Positions 45,701 through 56,089 of a stretch of DNA of 64,000 nt are shown piece after piece (the first letter of the stretch is position 1; each line of letters opens with the position of its first letter). This DNA is from Monocercomonoides exilis PA203. Lineage: Eukaryota; Protista; Preaxostyla. Where the stretch lies: the NCBI GenBank assembly GCA_001643675.2, contig LSRY02000002.1:496001-560000 (forward strand), read 5' to 3'. The notes beneath the pieces are model-generated. The model was not told where the DNA came from, made no database searches, and saw nothing but the letters and a program-made list of their open reading frames with translations. The position numbers and the translations under genes are program-made.

Positions 45701-48700
45701 TCTTCTTCTGATTCTTCTTCATCACCTTCATCTTCAACAGCCAATCCACAGACCTCGTTCACTCAGTGCAGCTTTGCCAGCATCAAAGGAAGCGAAGGCA
45801 CAAATGCGCTTTTTTCGACAAGTCCATTGATGACAGGCTCGGTTGCGTTTGAGCAGTGCAACTTGACGGATTGTGTGGGAGCCAGTTCGACTGAAGGAGG
45901 AGGGATGCGATGGGATGTGTGTGACTCAGAAGAGATGAAGATGATCAATTGCAACGTCAGCAGCTGTGCTGCGAAAGAGAGCGCTGGAAGCAGCAGAGGC
46001 AGCAATGATGAAAACAGCAAAGGCAAAGGAGGAGGCGTCTATCTGATTCTGAATGGGTCTTCGAGCAACTTCCTTTTTGAGTCGTGCACTTTCTCAGACA
46101 ACCGGGCAGAGGTGGGCAGAGACGTGTTCATTCAGTGCGAGAAGTTGTATCAGGCAGCCGATTTGTCGAAATATGTGGATGTGTTTTCGAGTGCATTCGA
46201 TGTAGAAAACTCGTTCTTTGGTGCCGAAAGTTCAGCATTGTCGAATACTGTTGATCTGCTGGATGCGATGCGATACAGAAGCACAGTTGTGTTTGTGTGT
46301 GGGATCGCTCCTTCCTCTTCTTCTGCCATCAATTTTGCCATCAATTCTGACCCATCTGCACCAACCAGCCAAACAGGTGTCGACTGGTTCCGCTGTGGTC
46401 CCTCGGATGATCCGTGTGAAACGATCGATTTCAGTCTGAAGCAAAAGGCAGCAGCAGAAACGGAAGCAACAGAAGAAGAAGAAGGAGGAGAAATGCAGAA
46501 AATAAAAGTGAAGGAGTGTTCGTTCATCAAAGCAGAGATTGACCTTTCTGATTCGATTTTGTCAGCCGCAGAAGAAAGCGAGGAGTGCAGAGTGGATTTT
46601 GTTCAGTCGATTCCAAAGGCAACAGGAATTGCCATCACAAACACGAAAACAATGAAAATCTCTCATGTTTCATTCAATGTTCCAACTGCATTCACAAATG
46701 GCATGACGATCCTGATTTCATCGCAAAGTGGAACAACATCGTTAGAATCATGCAATTTCTATTTGAATTCATCTTCTTCATTTGCTCAGTCAAATGATGA
46801 CACTGATTCCTTCTCGTTTCCTCTTGTTGGAGTGTTTTCTGGTGTGCTGTCTGTTGTCTCGTGCTGCTTCGGTTCAAATTCAGCAGTCAATTTTGGTTCT
46901 GATTTGATGGAAATCAGCGACTCAGTCGACTTCACCTTTGACACAGCGACATTTCAGAATTTGTGCGTACACTCTGATTGTCTCTTCAAAGTTGTGCATT
47001 CAAACGAGGCTTCTCTGCTTCATTCGACTTCTGTTTCTGCTTCTGCTTCTGCTTCAACAAGAGCACAAACAGAACAAACAAAAGGAGAAGGAGATGTTTC
47101 TGGTGAAGACTTTTCAGAGTATTCATTCAAATTCCTGAACTGCACATTCAACTCGATCTCTTCAATCACTTCAGTCTCTTCAGTCTCTTCAGCTGTTCGG
47201 ACTGGAAAAGCGTCGCTTCTGTCGCCTGAACACGCTGCGAGTGTTGTTCTGTCGAACTGCTCTGTCTCCACATGTCTCTCTGAAGGATCCCTCGAAGGAG
47301 GAGCACTTCGCCTGTCTGCCTCGTCTCAGTCGCCTTTCACTCTGAAGAAGAGCAGCATCAGCAGCTGTGCGTGTAACACAGCCAGCGGAAAAGGTGGCTT
47401 CTTGTTCCTCTGCTTGGACGGAAGAGATGCCGAATTCAACTTCGAAGAGCTGACTTTTTCTGGAAACGAAGCAAAAGTGGGAGAAAACATGTTCCTCGCT
47501 TGCACAGAATTGAATGCTTCGATCAAGACCTCGAAGTTCAACTTTGATTTCTCTGATTTTGCTGACAATATCAACGCCTTTGTCGGCAACGACACAAAAT
47601 ATGGAAACAAAGATTTGGCACTGTTTTTATTTGCTTATTTGGGAAGCACAATCAACGTAGGCTCGGAGGGATTGGATTTGGTTGGGTGTGGCACTCGTAT
47701 TCCGTGCCACTCATTTTGGACATCCATAAAGCATATTGACACAGAAGCCAGCAACAAGCGAATAATTATAACCTCCTCAACAGACGTCGAAGACGAACAC
47801 GACATTTCTGGGCTGATAATATCATCGCAGAATGCTTTGAACCCACTTTCTGACTCGCCTTTCCCTTCTTCAACGCTTTCCGTTCATTCCAAACTGAACA
47901 GTTTGAACAATTCACAAAAAGGTGTGCTTGTCAATTCTCGCAGAGCCACGATAGAAGATGTTCTTATTTCGATTCCTTCGTCCTTTTTGGATGGGAATTC
48001 TGTTTCGATCAATGAGAATGTGCTGTTTGCGAGTGAATGCGACGATGCAGCAGATTTGGGAGGGAGCGGGCTGAGTCTGACGAAATGCATATTCCAAAAG
48101 CAGATAGATGAATCTGTGAAGTACAAGTTGGTTGCTGTCATGAAAGGGAAAGTGTCTTTGTGTGATGTGTGGGTGGAGGAGATGGCATTCAGCTGCTCTG
48201 CTTTTGCATTCAGTTCAGGAGGCGTTTTGTGGTTTGAAGAATGCCATTTTGCGTCAGTCAATTTGGAACCGAAATCTTTCATTGAAATGTTGGAGGTGGA
48301 AAAGCCGAAAAATGAAAGAGAAAGAGAAAAAGAAGGAGAAGGAGGTTCATCAACAGCTGTTCTTCTGTTGAACGCTTCTTCATTCAGCAGCATCAACAAT
48401 GGAGCATCGAATCCGTGTTCTTCGATATTCTCTCTTCAGAACAGCTACGAAGTTGAAGTTGTTGGATGCACTTTCCAGACACTCGGCTCAGAAGGATGCA
48501 AAAAGGGAGGAGCGATGTCTTTTGAGCTGAAAGGAGCAGATGGACAGCTGAAAATGAAGGGTGTGGGAGTGACGAACAGCATCTGCAGCAGTTCTGAAGG
48601 ATGTGGGGGAGGAATCTATTTGACATGTGCAACAGACAACAATGACAGATATTCATTTTCAGAGATAAGTGTTGGGGGAAACAAGGCACACCAGGGAAGA

Positions 48701-51700
48701 GACATGTTTATTGTGGCGAATGATCTGAGGAAGGGTGTGAATTCTGAGTTGTTTGCATTTGCGACACAATTTGAGGAAAAAACGAATGCGCTGGTTGGGT
48801 TTGACAGGAGGTATTTCAACGAGGCGATTGATCTGATGATTTTTGTGGAAGGTTTTGTGAGTGCGTCTGTTCTGATTGAGGCGCCAGCAGGGCAGAACGA
48901 GGTGTTTTGTGGGAGCAGATATGTTCCGTGCCAATCGCTTGACTATTCTGTCAATCGACTTGCCGAGTGCAATGCAGATGTGCCACTTCGTGTGATCACT
49001 GTGAAATCGAATGGCTCAATCGAAAATGACATTTCACTCAACTCAGTCAATGTTCTGTCATTTGGCAAAGAAAACAGCGGGATTAACATCAGCACCAATG
49101 TTCAGTTTGCATCTGGAAGTGTTGTTTCATCCACAGCCGCTCTTTCGTTTTCTTCGATCGATTTTCATATTCCACATGTTTTTGTTATTGAGACACCCGA
49201 AGGTGCTTCGTTGTTTTCCTCTTCGACAGAAACAGGAAACATCCAATTTTCATCGTGCTCTTTCATTCTCACTTCTTCAGAATCGCAAGATAGAGCGAGT
49301 TGTGTGCATTTGATCAGCGTTTTGGGTGGAGTTGTGCAGCTTTCTCAATGCCATGCTGATTCTGCCTCATTTTCTGTTACGCCTTTTGTGATTTCGCAAA
49401 CAGCCCAAGCTTCATTTGAGGGAGTTAGCTTTGCACATTTATCATTTTCATCTTGCTCACTTTTCGATCTGATTCCTTCAACACCAGAAGAGAAAGATGA
49501 TTATTCCTCTTCAGCCAATCAAGAATCTCAGCCAGTTGAAATAAGCTTCAAGAACTGTGAATTCAAATCTCTTCATGTGAGTGAGTATGACGAGCAGCCT
49601 TCGTTTGGGTTTGTTCAGCTTGAGACGCATCTGTCGATTGTGAACTGCTCTTTGGATGATTTGACATCTGCGTTGAGTGAGAAAGGTGGAGGAATGAAAA
49701 TTGAACTTGGAACAGAAGGAAGCTTCTGTCTGAAGGGAGAAAATTCTGAGCAAATAAGTTCTGTTAGCCATTGCACTTGCTCGACTTTTGTTGGAAAAGG
49801 AGGGTTTTTGTATCTGAGCTGCTGCAACTCGATTGATGGATTCTCTTTGTCTGATTTGGTGTTTTCTGAGAATGAAGCATTTGTTGGGAGAAACGTGTTC
49901 ATATTGAGCTCCGATTTGAATGCCTCTGTTGTCATTGAAAGGTTGATGTTTGATTGGACTGAATGGAAGAACACAACAGCTTTCTTTGGGGCAGATGAAG
50001 TGAATTTTACAGAAGGCATTTCTTTGGACAAGCTGCTGTTTGAACACACAGACACTTCTGTTGTTGTGTCGTCGAGTGGAAGAGACATTCGCGGGTGCGG
50101 ATCAGAAAGGGAGCCTTGTCTGTCATTTTGGGAAGGGATGAGGCATTTCAGAGAAGGAGTCCAATTCAGAGAAATCAAAATCAACACAAGTGCTGCCATT
50201 TCAGACGAGTGGGATCTTTCAAACAGTTCAATAAGCCCATCTGTTCCTTCTTCTCCTGGTTATTCTTCTTCTTCTGATGAGCCTTCGTCAGATGAATGCA
50301 CAATCAATGTGGGAAAAACGATTCAATCTCTTTCTGAGCCTTCTGAGGCTGTGCTCACAAACAAGCTTGTGCTCACATTCACCTCCATCAATTTCTGCCT
50401 GCCTTCGTCTTTCGAAACACCACAAAAGGAACTTCTTTTCACAGAGACGGGAACAGCCACACTTAACAAATGCTCCTTTGCGATGCAGACAGCAGAAGAA
50501 GGCATTGCCTTTGTTCTTTTCCATGTTTCGTCTGGGACACTTTCGATTGAAGGGTCCAAAATGGCCGAGCTCTCCTTTGCGACATCGGCCATCCGACTTG
50601 CTGCGCCAGCTGCACATTTTGTGGCAAGCGCTTTTTCTGTTGATGTTCTGAATTTAGCAGATGGATCGTTTATTTCTGTGGGCGATGCTGAAGAGAAGGG
50701 AAATGAGGAATCAGTCTTATCAGGGAATGACAAAGAAATGATAGCAAGCGAAATCAGACTGGAGAATCTTCAGTGGCATCTCATCAGCAGCACAAATGCG
50801 AGGACTTCGATTATTTCTTATGAGAGCGCGTTGTCTGTGGCGTTGACGATGGACAACTCGACATTCAGCGACTGCAACAGCGAGTCTCTTCTGGGAGGAG
50901 CGTTTTGTGTGTGGATGAAGGAGAAGGCGGGTGGGTTGGCTGGCAGCTGGGCAAATGAAGGCAGTCTGCTGGCGAATCTGTCGTCTTTTGTGACATGTGC
51001 GTGCTCAACGAGTGATGGCAGAGGAGGCGCAATTGTATTGAATTGCCTGGACGATCCAGAGCATTCAGATGCTCCGTCTGCGAAGAAAGCGAAGGCGCTT
51101 CCAATCAAATTTCGGTTGATTCGGTTTTCTTTGAACAGAGCGAGTGTGGGGAAGGATCTTTTCATTGTCTGCCGATCGATTGCTGAGCAGATCAACGAGG
51201 CGCTGTTTGCGATGGACTTCAGCGAGCTGGCCTTTGACAGAAATAATGCGATCTTCGGGATGGACAAAGAAAACGAGGGGCCAATTGATTTGGTACCATT
51301 TATTGTGTTCTACAAGTCAGAGCGGGTATTTGTGTCAGCAGAGAAAGGAAAGAACAAGAAGGACTGTGGGCGAAGGGAAGACCCGTGTGAGACACTCAGC
51401 GAGGCAGTGCGGCATCTGAACGACGAGCAGTACCAGAACGTGCTGGTGGTGAAGAAGGCAGCTGTTTCAGCAGAGACAGCCATTTCATCAGCGACAGTGC
51501 AGACAGTCGGAGGCAGCCCAGCTGTTTTTGAGTTCAAATGCGAAATCGCTCAGACAGGTGGAAGTGCGGATTGTGTTGTGTCTTCGTCTGAGGAGTGCAG
51601 CATTTTGGGGATGGACATCGTCTTCGGACCCAGCTTCGCTTCACCTCATCGCTCTGTCTTTGGCGTGAGGAGCGGAAATCTGACACTGGGCGACTGCACA

Positions 51701-54523
51701 ATCAGGTCAGAAGAGCTGGCGCAGTTGGCAAACACCGTAATTTATGTTGAGAGTCATTGTTTGTGTTTGAGCAATGTTTCGTTCTCATCCATCCGCCTGC
51801 AGGCATCAAGGCAGCAGCCATTAGCAGCAGCATTTGGAGCAAAGCAATCTGAACAGTCTTCTTTTGCTTTGTCTTTATTTGAGCCAGAGGCAGGCCACTC
51901 ATTCATTGAGGCCTGCTCAGGTGCTGCTGTGGTGCTAGATGGTGTCTGCTTCAAAGAGCTATCTTTATTTGTTGTGTCGGGCGATACCTCGCAGTCGGCT
52001 CATTTCATCAAGTGCGAGTCATCGTCTCTGACAGTCAGCGGGCTGAGAATGGAAGATTGTTCTGTTTCTTTTATTTCGCCAACTGATTCGGTTTCTTCTT
52101 CTTCTTCTTCTTCTTCTCACAATTCATTTGAGTCATCTGCAAACTCTCTCATTTCTGTGTCTTGTGACAGCGTGGTTATTCTGGGAGACATTCAGATTGA
52201 GCGTATTTTTGAGTGCTGTGGTGTTCTGTCTGCAGAAAGTGGATGCAAAGTGGAAGTAAAGCAGAGCAACATCTCTTCGCTGTCTTCGCATTCATCTGTC
52301 TTTGCAGCAGAAATATCTGCATCTGTTGTTTTGAGAGAAGTTAATATCAGCCAAGTGGCTGTGGAAGAGGGAAGCTTGTTTGCTCTTCTGTCTCTTTCTC
52401 CTCATCTTTCTACTCTTTTCAATGAAGAATCAGATAATTTTGAGTTTAATTCTGAATTTTACATGGCAGTCGATGAAAACGGCGAAACGCAGTTTGAGTT
52501 GATTTCTTCAGAAATCAGCAATATTCAACTGAAATATGCAGAAGGATCAGCTCTGAAAGCAGAAAATTGGAACAGCCACATTCTGATTGACTCGTGTGTG
52601 TTTAGCAACATCAGTAGGCAGCGTGAAAGAGGAAGCTATTTGGATTTGACCTCGTGTGGAAGTGTTGCAATGGAAAAGAGCTCGTTTTGGGGTGTTGCAG
52701 AAATGAGAAGCCAAAATGGACGGAATATTCATTCAAAAGTGAATGAAAATGATGAAATTGGCGAAGAAACTGATTTTGTGTGTGAATGGAACAGCTCATC
52801 AGTCAACTTTGTAGGAAGCACAGCGAATATAAGCAATACTTCATTTGAGAACTTCTCTCAAGGAGCCATTTCTCTGTCTAACTCGACTGTAACGATTGAA
52901 ATGGGGATGCTTCAGAGCAACAATCCATTTGTTTCAGGCTATCCTTCTCTTCGGCGCAACATTTTGTGTTCAGATGGAAGCACGTTGAATGTGAAGAGTG
53001 TGAAAGGAGGAGATGGAATGAACAACTCCTCATTTTGGATATTGGGCAAACATTGCACTTTCAGAGGAATCATAACAGAAGTTTCCTCTCCTTTCTTTGT
53101 TCCCAAAATAACATCTGCGCAGACAACAAAACGAGAAGACAAGATGGAAATTGAATTTGTGGGGCAGCTCTTGCTGCCATGCAACCTGGAAATTCAGTTC
53201 ACATTCAAAAGAGGAGAATATTTTATGCTGAAAGAGTGCGAAAAAGTGAATTTTGTTGACGAGAACGAAATTAGCTGCGAAATGGACCGTTCATCATATG
53301 AATGGGAAGATAAAGAAACGGAAGTGTTTGTACGTATTTTGTTTGGGGAAGAAGCAAGAAAATCAACAGAGAATTTTATTCTGAAGAACGGAAGCAAATC
53401 TCAACCGAAAGAAGACGAAAGCATTAACAAAACAGACGAAGGTGACAGTAAAAGAGAAATAAATCCGAATGACACAGGGAGCAGCACCGATAAAAAGAGT
53501 GTGATTGAATGGAGTTTAATTGCATTGGTTGGATGTGCATTTGTTCTTGTGGTATTTGTGTTGGGATTCGTTGGAGTTGTGTGTGTTCTGCGGAAGAGGC
53601 TGAAGAAAGCAGAGAAGAAAATTGAGGAAGTGAGCTTCGAAAACATGGTTCTGATGGGAAAAATTGAGAAGAGAAGAGGAGAAAACAATGGAGGGAGCTT
53701 TGAGATGAGTGAGATGCCATCCACACTGCTGGAGGGGATGACGAGCCAGATCCCACTTCTCATTGACAACGATGAAGATCTTCCAGAGCCTCCGTCAATG
53801 ACTGATGAAGAGTTGAATGAGAATGATCTGCCAGATTTGGAGTTGCCATTGCCATTTTCTGAAGATGTGTCTGTTTCTGAACTTCATCAGAACAATTCAT
53901 TCAATGTTATATCAGCAAAGAAGCCATTTCGAGAGAAGGAGAAAAAGAACCTGAAAACATTGCACTCGGCGATTCATTCAGTTGAAGGGGATTTCACACT
54001 GGGAACAAGAGCGATGGAAGTTGTTGATGGGAAGGAAGTTGTTTTGGCGGTGGCAGAGCTGTTTGAGCATCTGATTTCAGCTGGAGACGAAAGGGTGGAA
54101 ATGATGGGGAAGCAATTGTGCCCGTATTCAATCTTTGTTGAGGAAGGAAATGGAAATGGAAATGAAGTATTTGTCTTGGGAGAGGAATTGGAGGATGAGA
54201 AGCAGAAAGAAGAAATGAAGCGATGGCAGGCACCAGAGCTGTGGAATGAAAGGAACGAAGAGGAAGAGGATGGGATTGAGCAGGCAGTTGTGTTTTCACT
54301 TGGGCTGATTCTGCATGAGATGACAACAGGAGAAGTGCCGTTGAGCGAGTGTGGTGCAGAAGAAGCACAGGAGATGATGAGGGATGGGGTGCGACCGCTG
54401 ACAGAAGGAATCGAAGGAGAAGAAATGGTTGAGCTGATGGAGAGGATGTGGGCAGATGAGCCAAATGAAAGACCTTCGTTGGCTGAGGTGATTCAGTTGC
54501 TGATGGAGATGGCTGAGAGTTGA
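42725..54523 (+). CDS. Second giant intronless type-I membrane receptor-like protein (~3930 aa) of the same family, with degenerate kinase C-lobe
   Basis: Signal-like MRLLHLACAFFYFVAAQLAS from ATG 42725 (the ORF is open from 42647). A GGAIYF/GGAIFI cassette precedes 7 CG....(P)C modules. Shared domain C.WN.S...NNP...YPS.RRNI.CS...VKS.KGGDG...LLLPCNL. TM at ~53510-53590, then RWQAPE, FSLGLILHEMTTGEVP and MW..EP.ERPS. Confidence 0.85.
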   Translation: MRLLHLACAFFYFVAAQLASLDHEKAAIKPKEQFLPAVLLTNSSLESSNLVLDERGCSAVFSVDKDSKLHLTRVTSLKPASHFHPSCVSSGQCFFVNFSVVFEAAWNRSACSLAGLSGGAGRSSVLFSSFDSLVFCPLKSSSFVCGGIGDSESVEGCIFSNVTAKEEPIKELQMADHLSAVNSSVLLNNTFFRCADVYYGTVVHGLSPSSPACDFRSSFDRFIRCTHSQSTEKSSKFHFSRTERVPMANQHGIFSNEEWIECKGQQGGAIYFDGYYITKDYDLNISNSVFEKCHSDDKGGAIFIYKIYRHKCAGCHFFGNTAVNDPQDIYVANTDSYYKIANFAFSNSYSTTTGTSFYINGQGNFSNFIANMSEQMKTKPSGVDGWGCGLGTIPCQTIAYAYSAQRTKYIMSMLCEEGTYTPPALTISEKPLTLAGTGMDKTTIGSSVANNAIFMVSGNKLVVQNLCFLLSKKNSRILRMTSASSFSSSLGHSSNEPNSFYSSNSGRSNSQFESIKINQTANSELSTSLFSIESGQFSVSRLTAVNIRLSSSFFSLFFFSSCNNPSISDCVFDNITAWYSAVASIYSPIFTQLSSSNLTLSLQNCSFNNITSKDCATGGCLAFNAKLTSLSSDSSISNIASSLSINNCSFSLCASKPANSKGGAIYANYGRSKPTETDFYVFNTSFSSNQATFGSDLYFVCFDFEESVNDQLFGFVSTAESIKGIQMSIFGDDFNYFQGDPIDLMIFLKGYFAMTVYATSESSGEDIFFCGEIRRKCSTVNYALGRLASPSSSFSNGQRTIYISGSSTVTSSGNLLSSVSILSDVGSTAKSSLSSSSSSFSSDSVKANLRIPSFVTGRSSYIFHSSGETSFNCLAFSIAPSVTDEVKHLLQSLVSLQNGILTLSDCSFQWDESYSSNFYSSSLILISSDQRADAKLVINQCTISHSASLAISAPIFDLSQGSISSQFTSLHIQNVTSSSRSSAVFAFKSSFSSSSDSSSSPSSSTANPQTSFTQCSFASIKGSEGTNALFSTSPLMTGSVAFEQCNLTDCVGASSTEGGGMRWDVCDSEEMKMINCNVSSCAAKESAGSSRGSNDENSKGKGGGVYLILNGSSSNFLFESCTFSDNRAEVGRDVFIQCEKLYQAADLSKYVDVFSSAFDVENSFFGAESSALSNTVDLLDAMRYRSTVVFVCGIAPSSSSAINFAINSDPSAPTSQTGVDWFRCGPSDDPCETIDFSLKQKAAAETEATEEEEGGEMQKIKVKECSFIKAEIDLSDSILSAAEESEECRVDFVQSIPKATGIAITNTKTMKISHVSFNVPTAFTNGMTILISSQSGTTSLESCNFYLNSSSSFAQSNDDTDSFSFPLVGVFSGVLSVVSCCFGSNSAVNFGSDLMEISDSVDFTFDTATFQNLCVHSDCLFKVVHSNEASLLHSTSVSASASASTRAQTEQTKGEGDVSGEDFSEYSFKFLNCTFNSISSITSVSSVSSAVRTGKASLLSPEHAASVVLSNCSVSTCLSEGSLEGGALRLSASSQSPFTLKKSSISSCACNTASGKGGFLFLCLDGRDAEFNFEELTFSGNEAKVGENMFLACTELNASIKTSKFNFDFSDFADNINAFVGNDTKYGNKDLALFLFAYLGSTINVGSEGLDLVGCGTRIPCHSFWTSIKHIDTEASNKRIIITSSTDVEDEHDISGLIISSQNALNPLSDSPFPSSTLSVHSKLNSLNNSQKGVLVNSRRATIEDVLISIPSSFLDGNSVSINENVLFASECDDAADLGGSGLSLTKCIFQKQIDESVKYKLVAVMKGKVSLCDVWVEEMAFSCSAFAFSSGGVLWFEECHFASVNLEPKSFIEMLEVEKPKNEREREKEGEGGSSTAVLLLNASSFSSINNGASNPCSSIFSLQNSYEVEVVGCTFQTLGSEGCKKGGAMSFELKGADGQLKMKGVGVTNSICSSSEGCGGGIYLTCATDNNDRYSFSEISVGGNKAHQGRDMFIVANDLRKGVNSELFAFATQFEEKTNALVGFDRRYFNEAIDLMIFVEGFVSASVLIEAPAGQNEVFCGSRYVPCQSLDYSVNRLAECNADVPLRVITVKSNGSIENDISLNSVNVLSFGKENSGINISTNVQFASGSVVSSTAALSFSSIDFHIPHVFVIETPEGASLFSSSTETGNIQFSSCSFILTSSESQDRASCVHLISVLGGVVQLSQCHADSASFSVTPFVISQTAQASFEGVSFAHLSFSSCSLFDLIPSTPEEKDDYSSSANQESQPVEISFKNCEFKSLHVSEYDEQPSFGFVQLETHLSIVNCSLDDLTSALSEKGGGMKIELGTEGSFCLKGENSEQISSVSHCTCSTFVGKGGFLYLSCCNSIDGFSLSDLVFSENEAFVGRNVFILSSDLNASVVIERLMFDWTEWKNTTAFFGADEVNFTEGISLDKLLFEHTDTSVVVSSSGRDIRGCGSEREPCLSFWEGMRHFREGVQFREIKINTSAAISDEWDLSNSSISPSVPSSPGYSSSSDEPSSDECTINVGKTIQSLSEPSEAVLTNKLVLTFTSINFCLPSSFETPQKELLFTETGTATLNKCSFAMQTAEEGIAFVLFHVSSGTLSIEGSKMAELSFATSAIRLAAPAAHFVASAFSVDVLNLADGSFISVGDAEEKGNEESVLSGNDKEMIASEIRLENLQWHLISSTNARTSIISYESALSVALTMDNSTFSDCNSESLLGGAFCVWMKEKAGGLAGSWANEGSLLANLSSFVTCACSTSDGRGGAIVLNCLDDPEHSDAPSAKKAKALPIKFRLIRFSLNRASVGKDLFIVCRSIAEQINEALFAMDFSELAFDRNNAIFGMDKENEGPIDLVPFIVFYKSERVFVSAEKGKNKKDCGRREDPCETLSEAVRHLNDEQYQNVLVVKKAAVSAETAISSATVQTVGGSPAVFEFKCEIAQTGGSADCVVSSSEECSILGMDIVFGPSFASPHRSVFGVRSGNLTLGDCTIRSEELAQLANTVIYVESHCLCLSNVSFSSIRLQASRQQPLAAAFGAKQSEQSSFALSLFEPEAGHSFIEACSGAAVVLDGVCFKELSLFVVSGDTSQSAHFIKCESSSLTVSGLRMEDCSVSFISPTDSVSSSSSSSSHNSFESSANSLISVSCDSVVILGDIQIERIFECCGVLSAESGCKVEVKQSNISSLSSHSSVFAAEISASVVLREVNISQVAVEEGSLFALLSLSPHLSTLFNEESDNFEFNSEFYMAVDENGETQFELISSEISNIQLKYAEGSALKAENWNSHILIDSCVFSNISRQRERGSYLDLTSCGSVAMEKSSFWGVAEMRSQNGRNIHSKVNENDEIGEETDFVCEWNSSSVNFVGSTANISNTSFENFSQGAISLSNSTVTIEMGMLQSNNPFVSGYPSLRRNILCSDGSTLNVKSVKGGDGMNNSSFWILGKHCTFRGIITEVSSPFFVPKITSAQTTKREDKMEIEFVGQLLLPCNLEIQFTFKRGEYFMLKECEKVNFVDENEISCEMDRSSYEWEDKETEVFVRILFGEEARKSTENFILKNGSKSQPKEDESINKTDEGDSKREINPNDTGSSTDKKSVIEWSLIALVGCAFVLVVFVLGFVGVVCVLRKRLKKAEKKIEEVSFENMVLMGKIEKRRGENNGGSFEMSEMPSTLLEGMTSQIPLLIDNDEDLPEPPSMTDEELNENDLPDLELPLPFSEDVSVSELHQNNSFNVISAKKPFREKEKKNLKTLHSAIHSVEGDFTLGTRAMEVVDGKEVVLAVAELFEHLISAGDERVEMMGKQLCPYSIFVEEGNGNGNEVFVLGEELEDEKQKEEMKRWQAPELWNERNEEEEDGIEQAVVFSLGLILHEMTTGEVPLSECGAEEAQEMMRDGVRPLTEGIEGEEMVELMERMWADEPNERPSLAEVIQLLMEMAES

Positions 54524-55500
54524 GAGTGGCAGAAGAGCATCTGTTTATTTGTTGCGATTTCAATTGGAAATAAGTCAAGAGCACAAAAGCACAAGAAAAC
54601 CAAAAAGAAAGCCAAGAATCTTCCAATCGATTTGCTCAAAATTATAAAGATTGTGAAAATGAATAGATTTTCTCTTCTCTTCTTTTTCTTCTCTTTCTTC
54701 TTGTAATTCTTTTTGAACATCATTTTTCAAAAGAGCTTTATGTTTTTGCAATTTTTCGTTTCTTATTTTTGATTTTTCGTTTCGGAGTATTGATTGATTT
54801 GTTCTAATTAAGCCATTCCTTTTTTCTGAGAATTTTCATTGATGTTATTATTGTTATTTTTTATTCCATTTGTTCTGTTTTATTTTAACATTGCTCATTC
54901 ATTCAAGTTTTTCTTTCATGTTTGTTCGAGCAAAATAATCTCTCCCTTTTTTTGTGTTTGTGCATATTCTTGCACTTTTCCATCTTCTGTATTCTTTTTT
55001 TGAAGTTATTGTGGTTTATTAAGCTGAATGCGAGCATCAAAATTATGAATTTCAACATTTATTTGAAGGCACTTTGACACAGCTATCACTATGAATCGTT
55101 AAAATTTTGATTTTTTTTTTATATTTTCATGTTTCACTATTTTTTTTCAAAAGCAACTTATCACCAATTTTGCTTTCTTTTGCGTCAACATCATTGTTTT
55201 AAAGATTTTTTTCGGGCAAAGAAACGAAAATAACAAATTAAAGCCTTTCCTTTTTTGAAATTTTCTTTCATTTGAGTTTCGAACATTGATAAAAGAAAGT
55301 AATAAATTTTAACTTCATTGCTGAACAATCATGAATGAAAGCACTTTGATATATTTGATTATGTTGAAAATTTCAACGAGGTTGTGAAATGAAAAAAAAA
55401 AAGAAATCTTGTTGAAATTATTCTCAAAACTGAATATTATTCATGTTCATTCTATCAAGAAATATATTCATGAGATGTGAAGAAGATTTTGCAGTGTTTT

Positions 55501-55545
55501 ATTTTATTTAATTTTATTTAATTTTATTTAATTTTATTTTTTAAT
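55501..55545. repeat. (ATTTTATTTA)n short tandem repeat
   Basis: About 4 units are visible. Confidence 0.85.
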
Positions 55546-56089
55546 GCGTGTGAGTGTGTGTGTTGCAAGTTTTTTTATTTTTTCTCGAAAAGGTTCAGAA
55601 TTCATACTGAAATATTGAAAGAACTTTAATATAAAGAAGTGTTTAGAATATTTGTCGGCAACTTAATTATGCTCCAATGGCATAAAAAATAAAGAAAAAA
55701 ATAAACCAATTTATTTGGACTATTTAATGACAAAAAGTTCGTCCATTGTGCAATTTTTTTCGATGAAAATAATTGAAAAACAATAATTAATCCCATATAT
55801 ATATATTTCAATTAAAAATCTTATTATATTTCTCAAGCATTCAGCAAGAATAGGAAAGACAGCAAAATGCACATGCGAACAATTCAAAAGTGATGCAAAG
55901 AAAGAAATCGACAAGCATGAAGCGTTTCGACAGTTGTTTCATCATAACGATACATTCAATAAATTTTGAATGTATCGCTCATTGCTGTGAACAAAATGCC
56001 GGGTCGTTTTCAATCCTCAAGTTTTATGTAATATCTCCTAAGAACAATAGATGAGGAACTATTTAATCTTATTTTGCTCCAGAATCTTT

